In this document: positions 48,904 to 63,404 of the stretch, one piece after another
How the letters are laid out: every line of letters begins with the position of its first letter
Numbering within the stretch: position 1 is the stretch's first letter
Origin: Octopus bimaculoides
Taxonomy: Eukaryota
Length of the DNA stretch: 64,000 nucleotides
NCBI RefSeq assembly: GCF_001194135.2
Contig: NC_068981.1
Location: forward strand, 187,197,964-187,261,963
Direction: 5' to 3'
Program-made: the position numbers and the translations under genes
Notes under the pieces: generated by a model
What the model was told of the DNA's origin: nothing
What the model saw: the letters and a program-made list of their open reading frames with translations, nothing else
Database searches by the model: none

Positions 48904-51900
48904 TCATAACTCTAGTGTGGTGGTACACTGTTTCATAGCATTGTATACCAGGGTATTATTGAAAGGCACAAATTGTCCAGTAATTATTTTGATGGCTTCT
49001 TGAGACATTACTCCACCCATGTATGCAGCAATAGAATGCAGCTCTGATGCACCGTAGCGACACCTAAGCAATTAGAAAAATAAGAAACGTTATGCTTAAT
49101 AAGAAGAATAAAACTAAACTGAAAGAAGAAAATGTTACGTAGCCACACAAACAGGATTGTTACAAAAACAAAGATCAAATGTCACTTTGAGCAAAATGAG
49201 TTGAAAGCTAGCTTTGAACAGGTGAATTATTTTCTGCACATTTTGTTTGATTGCTTTATGTCTGTTTTTCCATGCTAGCATGGGTCGACTGAATAGTTAT
49301 TATTGAAGCATTATTTTACAGTTGGCTGCCTTTTCTCTTATTTCTTTATTGCCCACAAGGGGCTAAACATAGAGAGGACAAACAAGGACAGACAAAGGGA
49401 TTAAGTCGATTACATCTACCCCGGTGCGTAACTGGTACTTTATTTAATCGACCCCGAAAGGATGAAAGGCAAAGTCGACCTCGGCGGAATTCGAACTCAG
49501 AACGTAACGGCAGACGAAATACCGATAAGCATTTCACCCGGCGTGCTAACGTTTCTGCCAGCTCGCTGCCTTTTCTCTTGCTAACTCATATCTGTTTTAC
49601 AAGCATAATCGAACATGAAACCAAGTGGTTGGGAAGTGAACATCTTACCCACACAGCCATGTGTATGTGTGTGTATGTCTTCATATTGATATCACCTGGG
49701 CAATGATAGCATTTGTTGATGTCCTATAGCTTGGCAGTTCAATATACAAAGACCAGTGGTGCAAAGTATCTTGCTATCTGGGTGGGGCTGTTTGACAGGA
49801 GCCAGCCAGGCAAAAGCCTGCACCAGACTTCTGTGACTGTTTTGGCAGGATTTTTAAAGCTGGATGCTAATACCCTTGTATTCCCGGGAGGAATACGTCA
49901 AAGAAACTGACCCTCTGCTCCTTAAGAATTAACCATGTGAGCATGAAGAAGTGCATATTAAAACAACGATGAATTATCCTAGAAACCAAAATCTTATTGG
50001 GAAGAATGGGGGTAGGGTGTGTTTAACAACAGCATCAAACTCATTAATTAAACTAATTTAAACTAAAACTCATCATCATCATTTAACACCTGCTTTCTAT
50101 GCTGGCATGGGTTGGAGAGTTTGACTGAGGACTGGCAAGCCAGGAGGCTGCACCAAGCTCCAATCTGTTCTGGCAAGGTTTCTACAGCTGGATGCCCTTC
50201 CTAACACCAACCACTCTGAGAGTGTAGTGGGTGCTTTTTATGTACCACCAGCACTAGCATCAACCACGCTTGAATGGTGCTTTTTACATGCCATTGGCAA
50301 TGACCACGCTTGAATGGTGCTTTTTATGTGCTAGTGGCACTGGTATCTGCAATGCTTGAATGATACTTTTTACATGCCAGTCAGGCGGCACTGGTATCGG
50401 CCACAACAACGATTTCACTTGACTTAATGGGTCTTCTCAAGCACAGCATAGATTAAGTTTGTGTTCAACCCTTTAGCATTCAGATTACCCTGTCAAATGT
50501 AATGCTTATTTATTCACATTGCTTTGAATGAATCATGTAGCTTAGTGATTTTCTTATTTTTAGAACAGCATTGCAGGCTNNNNNNNNNNGGTAATTTCAA
50601 CATGAAACAGGGTAGACTATTTGGGCCGAATATGGTCGGTTTGAATGCTAAAGGGTTAAATATTTTAAAATGTTTGCTTTAAGCAATACCTTAATAAAGC
50701 CTGAAATTCATAGAGAAACTATGCAATATTTGCAACTTTCTAAAAGGTGTTAATTAACAACATAAGTGTGGAGGCCTGTGGCTAAGTGGTTAGGGTGTTG
50801 GACTCATGATTGTAAGATTGTGGTTTCGATTCCTGGACTGGGCAACACATCATGTTCTTGAGCAAAACACTTAATTTCACATTGCTCCAGTCCACTCAGC
50901 TGGCAAAGATGAGTTATCCTGCGACGGACTGGTGTCCCATCCAGGTGGAGAATATATACGCCGCTGAAACTATGAAACAGGCCCTCATGAGCGTGGCATG
51001 GCTCGGGAAGGAATTAACAACATAAATGAAGGTGTGTGACACAGTGGTTAGGGTCCTGATTGCAAGATCATGGTTTCTATTCCTGGACTTAGTGGTGCAT
51101 AGTGTTCTTGAGCAAAACCCTTCCTTTCATGTCGTTTCAGTGCATTCAGCTGTAAATGGATCAGCATCACATTCAAGGGGGAATTTTGGGATCCCGGTCA
51201 TCTTTATATGCCATGGAAACCGGGCAACTGGTCCTATGACTTCTTAGGACTCAAGACAATAAATGTTCACAGACTGATGATGATGATGATAATATGAAAT
51301 GAAATAAAAGAAGTACAACAGGTAAAGAAGACTGAGCTTAATTATTGTTCACAGAAGACTTAACTCCTCCACTGTAGAATATGCAACCATTTGTTATTTC
51401 ATGGAATCCTTTTGACAGGTGAAAATAAGTGATTGACTTACATTTCATGAATATAATCATCTTTGATTAAAGTAGAAGAGAGGCCTAATTCCATGAGGAG
51501 CTTGCTAACATGTGTCTGAAACAAAATTAAATAAAAAAAAAACAAGTTAGAATAATAAATGTTTCTAATTTCGGCACAAAATCAGCAATTTTGAGTGAAG
51601 CATTGAACCCCAGTACTTGACTGGTACTTTATTTTATGAACCTCAGAGGGATGAAGTTGACCTCAGTGGGATTTGAATGCAGAAAGTAAAGAAGTGGAAA
51701 AAAATATTATAAGGTATTTTATTTGATGCTCAAACAATTCTAACAATTTATCTGCCCTTGATCTTGTAGTGAGGATTTGAAATGGAGCCCTGGGATATGC
51801 AATCAGACATCACGTTAAAATATGGAAAATACAAAGATCAAGAATAAAAAAGCAATATGACATTAACTCCAATACACAACAAAAAACAAAACAAGACAAA

Positions 51901-54225
51901 AAAACCCCCTGAAAAAACTGATAATGACCTTTCCAATCAGACATCATTTAAAGATGATAAAGTTTGAATTGATGGAATTTGACTACTATTTCTTGCAGAT
52001 CCCTTGAACATGCAGAGGATCCCACACTGGGATGACATTGACAATAAGAAAGGAAGGAGATGATAACAAGTGTGAGAAAGTTGTAAAGGCTGAAATTGAA
52101 TACAGGAGGTGATTAACAAGTGAAAAGTGACTAATTAATATAGCCAATATTACCTTTAATTTAAAAACATCCCCTTCTACTTGATCATCATACCAGCCTG
52201 GGTAGCGGCTGTACTCTTCAAAGAAACGTTCAGCAGCTCGCAACATGAGATAAAACACAATATCACTGTCTTCTTCATCTCCCAGCTGGAGTCCTGGAAA
52301 TACATACAGATGTCAGGGGCGTATATTGCAAGTGTGTTAGGTGTGCACAGCACACCCATCGAAAATGACAAAGTCATTATAAATATTAACCTTATTTGTT
52401 AATTTAATCTCAAATCTCAGTGCAAAACTGTTGTTATACCCCAGCTTGAAATTTGGTGGCATCGCATGTGGCAGTACACCCAATACAAGAACCATCATAT
52501 GCCACTGGCAGATATATATATATATATGCGCAGGAGTGGCTGTGTGGTAAGAAGCTTGCTTCCCAACCACATGGTTCCGGGTTCAGTTCCACTGCGTGGC
52601 ACCTTGAGCAAGTGTCTTCTACTTCAACCTTGCGCCGACCAAAGCCTTGTGAGTGGATTTGGTAGATGGAAACTGAAAGAAGCTTGTTGCATATATATGT
52701 ACATATATATGTATGTATTTGTGTGTCTGTGCTTGTGCCCCCACCATGGCTTGAGAACCAATAGAATAAATACTAGGCTTAGTAAAAATAAGTCCTGGGG
52801 TTGATTTATTTGACTGAAGGCAGTGCTCCAGCATGGCCGCAGTCAAATGACTGAAACAAGTAAAAGAATAAAGAAGCACAAAATAGTCTAAAGTGGCATT
52901 AACTGTTTTAACCCACTGAAAACCCCTACCTTGCCACCCACCCCTCCCCACTCTATCAATAGTCAAACTGCACTGAAATCAATAAACCACTTATCCACTC
53001 ACTCAACCAAAACTCCATTTTAACATTTTGATGCCATATTTCTGCTCAAATGCACAGCCACTGCTACAATTAGTTTTGTAGATGAAGAATTAAGTAAAAT
53101 ATATGTTTAACCCTTTTGTTACTGTATTTATTTTGAGATGTTCTGCATTTCTTTCAGTTAATATAAATATAACAAAGAATTTAGTAAAATAACTTAGTTA
53201 TCATTAAGCTAGTGTTAGGAATATAAATTGTGACTAAGGTTTGGTGGAAGATTTTAATTCAAAACTTATGAAAACAAGACATTTGTACTGAGAGCCAGAA
53301 CCGGTTTCAGCCGGGTCAGCATGAAAAGGGTTAAATTAATCATTTGTTAACCCTTTTGTCACCATATTTCTGTTGAGATGCTCTGTGTTTCTTTCAATTA
53401 CATTAAATATAACAAAGAATTTAGTAAAATAACTTAGTTATCATTAAGCTAGTGTTAGGAATATAAATTGTGACTAAGGTTTGGTGGAAGATTTTAATTC
53501 AAAACTTCTGAAAACAAGACATTTGTACTCAGAGCCAGAAGCGATTTCAGCTGGGTTGGTAATGAAAGGGTTAAAACAAATTAACATGAAATTTTGATTA
53601 AGATCACTTTAAACTAGGAAAATTGTTTCATAAAACCAAAGATAGTCTAAGCTGGGTTGATGTCAAAAGGATTAAAGATTAAGTGCTCATCTCTTCTACC
53701 CTAAAAAAGAAGACAAAAAAAGGTGTTTTGCTTAGTTAAAAATGTCAGTAATTTTGATACCCAGTTCTTGAATCCGTGCACTTTTGGGATCATATTCTTC
53801 TGCCAAACTTCTGCAGTGAATCACTCGTAAAAAGCTTCCATTTTTACCTGAAACATTCACAGTGATAGGTTGGTCATTAAGGGTATTATAAAGATACTTA
53901 TACTTATTTGTCTAATTCAGAGAAGCAACATCATTAACGTCCGCTTTCCATGCTAGCATGGGTTGGACGATTTGACTGAGGACTGGCGAACCAGATGGCT
54001 GCACCAGGCTCCAATCTGATTTGGCAGAGTTTCTACAGCTGGGTGCCCTTCCTAATGCCAACCACTTCGAGAGTGTAGTGGGTGCTTTATACATGCCACC
54101 GGCACGAGGGCCAGTCCGATGGTACTGGCAACGGCCATGCCCAAAATGGTGTTTTTTACGTGCCACCTGCACAAGAGTCAGTCATATTAATTGTAGTAAT
54201 GAAGTTGATTGACTTCATTAATACA

Positions 54226-54288
<63 letters not shown>

Positions 54289-57200
54289 CACATATGTACA
54301 CACACACTCACACACATATAATGATGGCTGTCCACTCTTGACCGAAGAAGCCCATCATTTGACCATTAAGAACAGTGTGCATTCAGGCAAATTTATAGTT
54401 TACATTTGTGACTCCATTAATGATTGAGAAGTCCAGCTCTTGATAAACATACATGCCTGCAGATATTGCATATCAAGCTTCCATCATTCACTACTATTTT
54501 GGTAGTGTATTTTTGAGCAGCTTGATTATGTGTGTTTGTGCGTGTGTGAGTTTGTTTACATTTGTGTTTTATTGAAAATTGGTCCAACTACAGGCAGTGA
54601 CATTGCTGTTATTCTCCTGGTCAATAGGTAGTCTGCTGTCTGTGCACCTTTGAAAACATGTGGAATAAGCTATTCCTTACTTGGGAAAAATGTAAGGGTG
54701 AGTGACAGGAAAGGCATCTGGATGTAAAACAATGCCTCACTAATATGTTCATCTAATCCATGCTAGCACACAAAAATGGAAGTGGAAAACAAATGAAAGA
54801 AAAACTTATTTGCTGAGAGTCAAAGTAGACAGAAATGACCAAAGTAATTTTAATTACTTACAAAATAATTTTACATCTTGTTCAGTGATGCTGCAATATG
54901 GCTACAAAAAAAAAAAGAAAAGAAAAAGATAAACATTTATTAAAGAGATTAAAAAAAAGTGTTTTTATGTCCCAATTGCACACATCAAAATGATCAAATT
55001 GGTAAGGTAGAGAAATTTTTCAGACAAAATATTATCATGGGCGCTTATATTGCATATCTTTTAAGATGGAGATGAGAAGTTTGGCACAGCTGTTTTGGCA
55101 CTGCTTATTTGGCATCGCTGAGAAGACGGTGATTTATTTGACATCAGGCATTTTAATGGTTCACTCCTCTGGTTATGCGTGTGAACATATTTCTCTTTGT
55201 GTGTGTGAGGGAAGGAAAAGTGTTTATGACAGTTGTGTTCAATTAATAAATTGTAATGTCTCTCACTCTGTATGTGTATATTTCTCAGCGTGTGTGTGCC
55301 TCCAGTGCTAAAAAGGTAGTCACCAAAACAGATTCAGTGCCTGATCAGCTGTGCCAAATTGCCAGCATTCAAACAGCTGCGCCTAATTGTCTTATTCTGG
55401 TCTCAGATGTGATCCTTGTAGGCTTCCATAGACATATGCTGTTTTGCATCTGTCCATCATTGTTATTCAATATACTCTTTTACTTGTTTCAGTCATTTGA
55501 CTGCGGCCATGCTGGAGCACCGCCTCTAGTCGAGCAAACTGACCCCAGGACTTATTCTTTGTAAGCCTAGTACTTATTCTATCGGTCTCTTTTGCCGAAC
55601 CGCTAAGTTACGGGGACGTAAACACACCAGCATCGGTTGTCAAGCGAAGTTGGGGGGACAAACACAAACACACACACATATACATATATATGACGGGCTT
55701 CTTTTACTTTCCGTCTACCAAATTCACTTACAAGGCTTTGGTCCATAAGGCCAAGTGTATCCAGGTTGCTATGATGTTCAAGTGACTAAAAGTGTAAGAT
55801 TCCACCCCGACTAAATAGGATGCTAATCCATTGTAGGGAGGTTAATCCTAATCCCTGCTGTTATTGGTTCTTATTTGCAACTGAGTGAACTGAAACAAAA
55901 TGAAATCAAATGTTTTGCTCAAGGGCATAATACACTGCCTGGCCTGAGAATTGAACCCACATCCTAATGATTGAGACCAACACCCAAACTATACCACATG
56001 TTTTCACTCCAAGAAGTTCACAAAACAAAAAGTATTGTATTTTAATGTGTATAAGGAACCCCCTAATTTTTGGGGCTTAAAATTTGGAAAAAGGTTTTGT
56101 AAGGGATTATAATACTATCCATATAAAAGAAACTCCCATATTTTTTAACCTAATTTTTGACAAAAAAGGGTTCCTTATACACATTAAAATATGGGAAATA
56201 CAATGTTCAAGAGTAAAAAAGTAATATGACATTAACTCCAATACACAACAGAAAACAAAACAAGACAAAAAAAAAAACCCCTGAAAAAACTGATAATGAC
56301 CTTTCCAATTTTCTGCAGAATGTTCTGGACACGATGGAGGACATTAGTAACGTCTTTATGTGCTTGCTCTCTGTAGATATTCTGCAACTGAATGTAACGG
56401 TTAGAATCTGCTGTCATATCAGGAATCGTACCTCTCAGTGGTAGAGTATCTGTAAAATAGAAATATCAACCAAATTTTCAACTGAACAAATACAAAATAA
56501 TGCTTTTATTGGCTTGATGCTATTTCTAACACCAACAACTTTACTGCAAGTAGTGGATGCTTTTTATATGTCACTGACACTAATAAAGTTTCCAAGTAAC
56601 ATGCAAGGTAAGAGGAGGGGGGAGCCACTCCTTGACTAAGAGGTGGTGGAGGGAAGAGTATATTTTAGAGGAAGAAGAGGTGGCTTTATGTCAGATGCTG
56701 GGAGTTAAAGTATGATAGGGGGACAAGCAAAGGTGTCTTGCTATAGAAAAGGTAGATAGCTACCCTACATTATAGAAGGGTGGCTGAGAATAGCTGGGAG
56801 GTAGATATGTGATGAGTTGCTAGAGCAGACCCTCAAGGAGTAAGATAGGATAGAGATGGTGGATTAGTAGGGGAGAGGAGTGAGATAGGGGTTATAAGAG
56901 TGTGAGGAGAGAGTAAGAAAGGGTTGTATATATGTAGTAATATTGAGAAATTATTTCATATCTTGAAACCAATGTCAATAAGTAATAATGGAGACATAGG
57001 AACCGACTTACTTTTGCCTTCGTTCTCAGTGAATTCTTTCATGGCATGCAACATGATCCAGAAGTTTTTGCTCTTCAAAATAGAAAAGAAACAAAATAAA
57101 GCCCAAATAAAATATTTTTGAGATTCCTCTTAAAAAAATATATTTTCAACAAGTTTAAATTACTACAATGCTGTCATCACTCTGCCACCACCTTCACCAC

Positions 57201-60200
57201 TACTACTACTACTACTACCACCATGACCACCATTATAATTTCTGTAGTGGATACTCTTTGACAATGTTTGCTTCAACAATGAATATTTTGTCTGATCAAC
57301 TGAATTTCAATTCCTAATATTAATGTGTTAATGGCCAAATATTCCACAGACACTCTTTACTCTTTTACATGTTTCAGTCATTTGACTGTGGCCATGCTGG
57401 AGCACCGCCTTTTGTCGAGCAAATCGACCCCAGGACTTATTCTTTGTAAGCCTAGTACTTATTCTATCGGTTGTCAAGCGATATTGGGGGGACAAACACA
57501 GACACACAAACATATATACATACACATATATATACATTTATACGATGGGCTTCTTTCAGTTTCCATCTACCAAATCCACTCACAAGGCTTTGGTCGGCCT
57601 GAGGCTATAGTAAAAGACACTTGCCCAAGGTGCCACGCAGTGGGACTGAATCCAGAACCGTGTGGGTGGTAAGCAAGCTACTTACCACACAGCCACTCCT
57701 ACGCCTAAAAGACACAAGTACTTTTAATGTAATTCTTAGGTTGAACCATCATTTATGTAACTATTGGGTCATTTCATAAATAATGCATTGTTTTATACTT
57801 CTTTTATTTTTCAAAATTAAGATAAAGTTCTTTTTTAATCTAAAATATACTCTCTTTCATTTTCTACAATGCTCTTCCATCTATCTGGTAGACTTGCAAG
57901 GCCCCTCTTCTAAAATTCACTTGTCTGTGAATGTAACTACTTAGGGATAACAACATTTCAACAGGGATCTTTAAAATTTGATTTCATATCAAATGAGTAA
58001 CGTATTTTATGGCCTATTTTATATATATTTATTGTATAAATGTAATATCAGATACACTATATCTGAAAAATGACAGGACAGTCATGGTTGGAATCAGGGC
58101 TGGATTAATTAAGATCCATAGAGACCCTAAGCACTTAAAAGATTTTAGTGACCCCCGTATGTATGTAATTCAAAATATAAACAATAAAAAAACATAAAAT
58201 TAATTTTATCTTTCAAAATGAAACAAAATTAACAGTAAGATGGAAAATAATATTTATTTACCATCTTTATTTATATATTAAAAGTTTCCTCCTACTTTAT
58301 TAATTGCAAAATCTTTGATCAGATCCTCACTATGACACCATGAAATTATATTTCCGATTATATAAATTACTTCAAATATTATTTTAGTTAGTTTAAAGTG
58401 ATTTCTTTTGTGCTGTAAACCATTTACCATTTCTGTGGCACCACCCCTTCCCTTCATACCTTAAGCATGAGCTTATTTTGCTTAATGGTTAATCCAGTGC
58501 CACTTGGAATGTTTCTGATCATATGTCTGCTCCATCAGAGCTGACCAAGGGTTAAATAACTTTCTAAAATAAAAAAAAAAAAAAATAATCTTACATCAGC
58601 ATGCATCTGTGTGCAAGATGGATCATTGAAAATCTTCTGTACAGTTTCAGGAATCTGGCAAAGAAAAAACAGAAATAAGGGATAACGAAAAACATATACA
58701 TAAGATACAATATAGGTGTTGGTGTGGCTTAGAAGCTTGTTTCCCAACCATTTGGTCTTGGGTTCAGTCCTACAGTGTGGCATCTTTGGCAATTGTCTTC
58801 TAGTATAGCCCTGGACCTATTAAAGTCTGTGAATGAATTTGGTTGACAGAAACTGTCTTATACTATCATCATCATCATCTCTGTCTCCCTCACTGGGTAA
58901 CCATGTATCTTCTCTATAGCAAGACACTTGTTTCTGCCTCTATATCTCTGTTACACTCTAATCGTCATCATCTGATACTGGATCACCTCTTCCAATGCCC
59001 CCTCTGTTATAGCAAGACATCTGTTTCTGCCTCTCTGTCACACTCTAACCTTTTATGCTCTGACATGAGTTCCGTCCTGCTGGAAAAAAAGGAGTAATTC
59101 TGTGAAGGACCAGTGTTCTGTCCAGAGAGGAACATATATGCCTGAGAAATCAGGAAGCCAGCCCTATGTTCCCTACAGAGTGATGTGGACTAACCAACCA
59201 CACTCCTTGATGGGTCAAAGGCTCATGTCTCATATGGATAACTTTCAGCTTGGTTTCTACTGTTTGATGCCCTTCAAGACATCATCCACTTCACAGACTG
59301 TACCAGAACAAAAGAGGTTGTCCTGTCCTCAACAAGACCAAGGGTTCGACTTGACCCCAGATTGTCTCTGTTCACCAACCACTTCACAGAATGTACTGGA
59401 TGCATTGCATCATAACACCAACACTCGTAAGGTTACTTTGTACCTCATCCACTCTATCATGTATTCAATCATTCAAGGTGAATAGAAGAGAGGGCAATGA
59501 AACTACATCAATTCAAACATCATAATATATACTCACATGAGTTCTCACTAAGGATGTGTTCAAGTTTTCAACTGCCTCATCAAAATTTTGCTCCTCTTCG
59601 GGATTTCCATTTTCATTTCTTAAAACACCTTTAAACCAAAACAATATATATTGTACTGTAATCAACGAATGATCGTAGACAGAAATTTAAAATGCACTAC
59701 TTCAGTAGAGTGAATTGTTGTTGGCACTCTGTCGAGGGTTCCAGTTGATTTGATCAATGGAACAGCCTGCTCGTGAAATTAACGTGCAAGTGGCTGAGCA
59801 CTCCACAGACACGTGTACCATTAACGTAGTTCTCGGGGAGATTCAGCGTGACACAGTGTGACAAGGCTGACCCTTTGAATTACAGACACAACAGAAGCAG
59901 GAAGTAAGAGTGAGAGAAAGTTGTGGTGGAAGAGTACAGCAAGGTTTGCCACCATCCCCTGCCGGAGCCTCGTGGAGCCTTAGGTGTTTTCGCTCAATAA
60001 ACACTCACAACGCCTGGTCTGGGAATCGAAACCGCGATCCTATGACCGCGAGTCCGCTGCNNNNNNNNNNNNNNNNNNNNNNNNNNNNNNNNNNNNNNNN
60101 NNNNNNNNNNNNNNNNNNNNNNNNNNNNNNNNNNNNNNNNNNNNNNNNNNNNNATAGCTGACAGTTTTATCACCACAGCATAAAGCTGCAACAGAGGCCC

Positions 60201-61282
60201 ACCTGATTGGTTGCCATTATTTATAAAGTAGCAAGGCAGCGAGCAGGCAAAACTGTTAGCTTGCTGGATGAAATGCTTGCGGTATTTCGCCTGTTACTAT
60301 GTTCCGAGTTCAAATTCTGCTGAGGTCAACTTTGCCTTTCATCTTTTTGGGATTGATAAATTAAGTACCAGTGAAACACTGGGGTCGATGTAATCGACTG
60401 GGCCCCTCCCCCAAATTTCAGGCCTTGTGCCTATAGTAGAAAGGATTATTCATAAAGTAGCCATACATGTTCTCTTATATTTTCAATCTGAAGTCATTCT
60501 GTGAGGAAGGAACTGGTTTCTAACAAAGATTCAAAGCTCCATTGTTGTAACGTTGAGAACAAAGACAGAATCACATTTTGAACTAGAGAAGAGTTTTACA
60601 TATTTTAACTGTTCCACTTACAGATTATAATGTGTGAGTGAGTTGGTTGATTTCTTTGTCTGGAAACCCCAGTTTATCCAGATTGTCATTTAGACATTTA
60701 TTCACAAAACCAAGAGCACCAATGGTATACGTGTTAATTTATAATCTGGATACCTCGTCTGTGCTTGTGTCATGTAAAAAGCATTCGGTCCACTCTGCTG
60801 GGTGGTTGGTGTAAGGAAGGGCATCCAGTCGTAAAAATCGTACCAAAACAGACACAGACGTCTGGTGCAGGTTTCCGCCTGGTCCAGCATAGAAGGTGGA
60901 CGTTAAATGATGATGATGATATAGGAGTTGGAGGTTTTGGAGTAGTTGTCCACAGTTATCTTCTTTCGTTTTACACCAACAAGACAGCTGACCTGCATGA
61001 TGATACATATTCTTTCTTACCAGTTCCAACTCTCAAACAACTACATCCAGCATGCTAATTATATATCTTTTAATCTTTTTTACTTGTTTCAGTCATTTGA
61101 CTGCAGCCATGCTGGAGCACCGCCTTCAGTCGAGTAAATTGACCCCAGGACTTTAATTTTTGTAAGCCTAGTACTTATTCTATCGGTCTCTTTTGCCGAA
61201 CCGCTAAGTTACGGGGACGTAAACACACCAGCATTGGTTGTCAAGCGAAATTGGGGGGACAAACACAGATACACAAACATAT

Positions 61283-61313
<31 letters not shown>

Positions 61314-63404
61314 CACGTATATGACGGGCTTCTTTCAGTTTCCGTCTACCAAGTCCACTCACAAGGCTTTGGTTGGCCCGAGGCAATAGTAGAAGACACT
61401 TGCCCAAGGTGGTTGGTAAGCAAGCTACTTACTACACAGCCACTCCCACGCCTATATCATTAATTAAACTTTGTCAATCAAATAAATTTTTACTTACCAC
61501 TTTTGATCATTTCTTTCATAAGGGTTTTCTCTTTGTAATTTTTAGGTGGTTCACCATTATGCTGGGGATAAAAGAATATTAATTTCAAAATTTATTACAT
61601 ATACATTAATCGATTGAAACAGAAAGAAACTCTTACCTTGTCGATACATTTCCTGAAATATATTTAAATTTTTTATACATGATAATATATTTAGTCTTGA
61701 GCAAACAAGAAATTAATATGTTAAAAGTCTTTCATTGTTTTAATGTACTCTAGAACATATTTGTAGGCTTCTTTTTTAGCCAATACTGTGTGTTTCAATG
61801 ATTGCAGACAGTTTCTCTGTACAATATCATCATTGTTTAACGTCCGTTTTCCATGCTAGCATGGGTTGGATGATTTGACGGAGGACTGGACTGGCGAACC
61901 AGATGGCTACGCCAGGCTCCAATCTGATCTGGCAGAGTTTCTACAGCTGGATGCCCTTCCTAACGCCAATCACTCCGAGAGTGTAGTGGATGCTTTTACC
62001 TGCCACCGGCACGAAGGCCAGTTAGGCAGTACTGGCAATGGCCACGCTCAAATGGTGTTTTTTACGTGCCACCTGCACAGGAGCCAGTCCAGCGGCACTG
62101 GCAACGACCTCGCTCGAATGTTTTTTCACGTGCCACTGGCACAAGTGCCAGTAAGGTGACGCTGGTAACGATCATGCTCAAATGGTGCTATTTACATGCC
62201 ACTGGCACGGAAGCCAGACAGCTGCTCTGGCAATGATCACGCTTGGTCGGTGCTCGTGCCATCACGATTTCGATTTCACTTGCCCCAACAGGTCTTCGCA
62301 AGCCGAGTTTAGTGTCCAATGAAGGAGAGGTTGGCATGGGTGCCAGTCGTCGAATTTGGATCGATTTCATTTGCCTCAACAGGTCTTCACAAACAGAGTT
62401 TAGTATCCTATGCTGTTTTTTTAAAAATTATTTTAGCGATTGTGGATAAAAAAATATGGTCCTTTGTTTGTCTGTTTCAAAACTCTGAAAAATCTGTCAA
62501 CACCACCGTTATTTAATGTCCACTAGTCCTTGCTTGCATGGGATTGGATGAAATTTGTTGAGGCAAATTTTCTATGGCAGGATGCCTTTACTGATGCCAA
62601 CTCCAACCAGTTTCCAAACAACGTTACATTTCTCTGCATGGCCAGACATGCTTTTTTCCAATCCATGCCAGAAAACTGCTGGCATGGATTGGATAGTTTG
62701 ACATAAACTGGTAAGCCAGAGGGCTGCACCAGGCTGTAGTCGTTTGTTTTGCTTGGTTTCTCTGGCCAGATGCCCTTCCTAACACCAACCATTTTACAGA
62801 GTGTATTGGGGGCTTTTTACATGGCACCAGCGCAGGTGCTTTTTACATGTGGCGCTGGCATGAGTGCTTTTGATGTGGTGCTGGATGCTTGTTTATGGGA
62901 TATCAAAACATACACATATACATAACGGGCTTCTTCCAGTTTCCATGAACCTAATCCGCTTACAAGATTTAGGATGACCTGGCACTATAGTACACACTTG
63001 CTCAAAGTACCGTGCAGTGGGACTGAACCCAAGATAACATGTTTGGGCAGTAAGCTTCTTAACCATGCAGCCCTGCCTGTGTCTCTTGTGGCCCTTATAA
63101 TCAACATCGAAGTAACAGCAAGTGGATAACAAAAGGGGTTTAGCAAGTTGACAAGTTAGTTAGAAGTTATATATTTTTCTGAGCAAAAAACCCCACCACA
63201 AAAACTCAAGTAACTATTCCATGAAGATTCATCTTACGCAACATAAAGATAGGCTACATGTTATGCAACATGGGTTGCTATGGTTACATGAAGTAAATAT
63301 GATAGAAAGTTATTAAGATAAATATTTTAAAACTTACTGACCTCGTCTTTCCATTTCTGCAAATATTTATATATTATGACCAACCAAGGTACATGACTGT
63401 GTTC
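48904..63404 (-). CDS. NAE1: NEDD8-activating enzyme E1 regulatory subunit (APPBP1), 3' 11 exons; 5' part lies beyond the window
   Basis: Exons 63404-63342, 61561-61498, 59628-59537, 58654-58595, 57072-57012, 56449-56301, 54901-54862, 53847-53761, 52293-52154, 51515-51442, 49063-48904 (TGA); 990 nt in frame. Peptides [63 protein letters not shown]. Confidence 0.96.
50465..50659. mobile_element. Second TTAA-type MITE family
   Basis: CCCTTTAGCATTCA...TGAATGCTAAAGGG|TTAA; left-end fragment also at about 32215-32330. Confidence 0.65.
50765..51260 (+). mobile_element. Two adjacent tRNA-derived SINE family E copies
   Basis: A box TGGCTAAGTGG, B box TTTCGATTCC, centre CCTGCGACGGACTGGTGTCCCATCCAGG (V-domain-like, from memory). 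Another copy at about 22185-22400. Confidence 0.7.
51813..51933 (+). repeat. Local copy of about 56181-56308 (NAE1 exon/intron junction) with 13-bp TSD
   Basis: Roughly 90% identical by eye; CAATCAGACATCA at 51800-51812 and 51934-51946. Confidence 0.85.
53107..53574. mobile_element. Two tandem 220-bp TTAA-flanked (piggyBac-like) MITEs
   Basis: TTAA|CCCTTTTG...AAAGGG|TTAA at 53111-53330 and 53351-53570. Same family at 31811-32027 and, decayed, at about 3195-3405. Confidence 0.8.
56033..56196. mobile_element. Small TIR MITE (Tc1/mariner-pogo-like)
   Basis: Perfect 24-bp inverted repeats TATTTTAATGTGTATAAGGAACCC at 56038-56061 and 56168-56191. Confidence 0.65.
57765..57960 (-). mobile_element. 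Mariner 3'-end remnant
   Basis: Minus strand [25 protein letters not shown], followed by a TIR-like TATTGGGTCATTTCATAAATAATG end. Confidence 0.6.
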
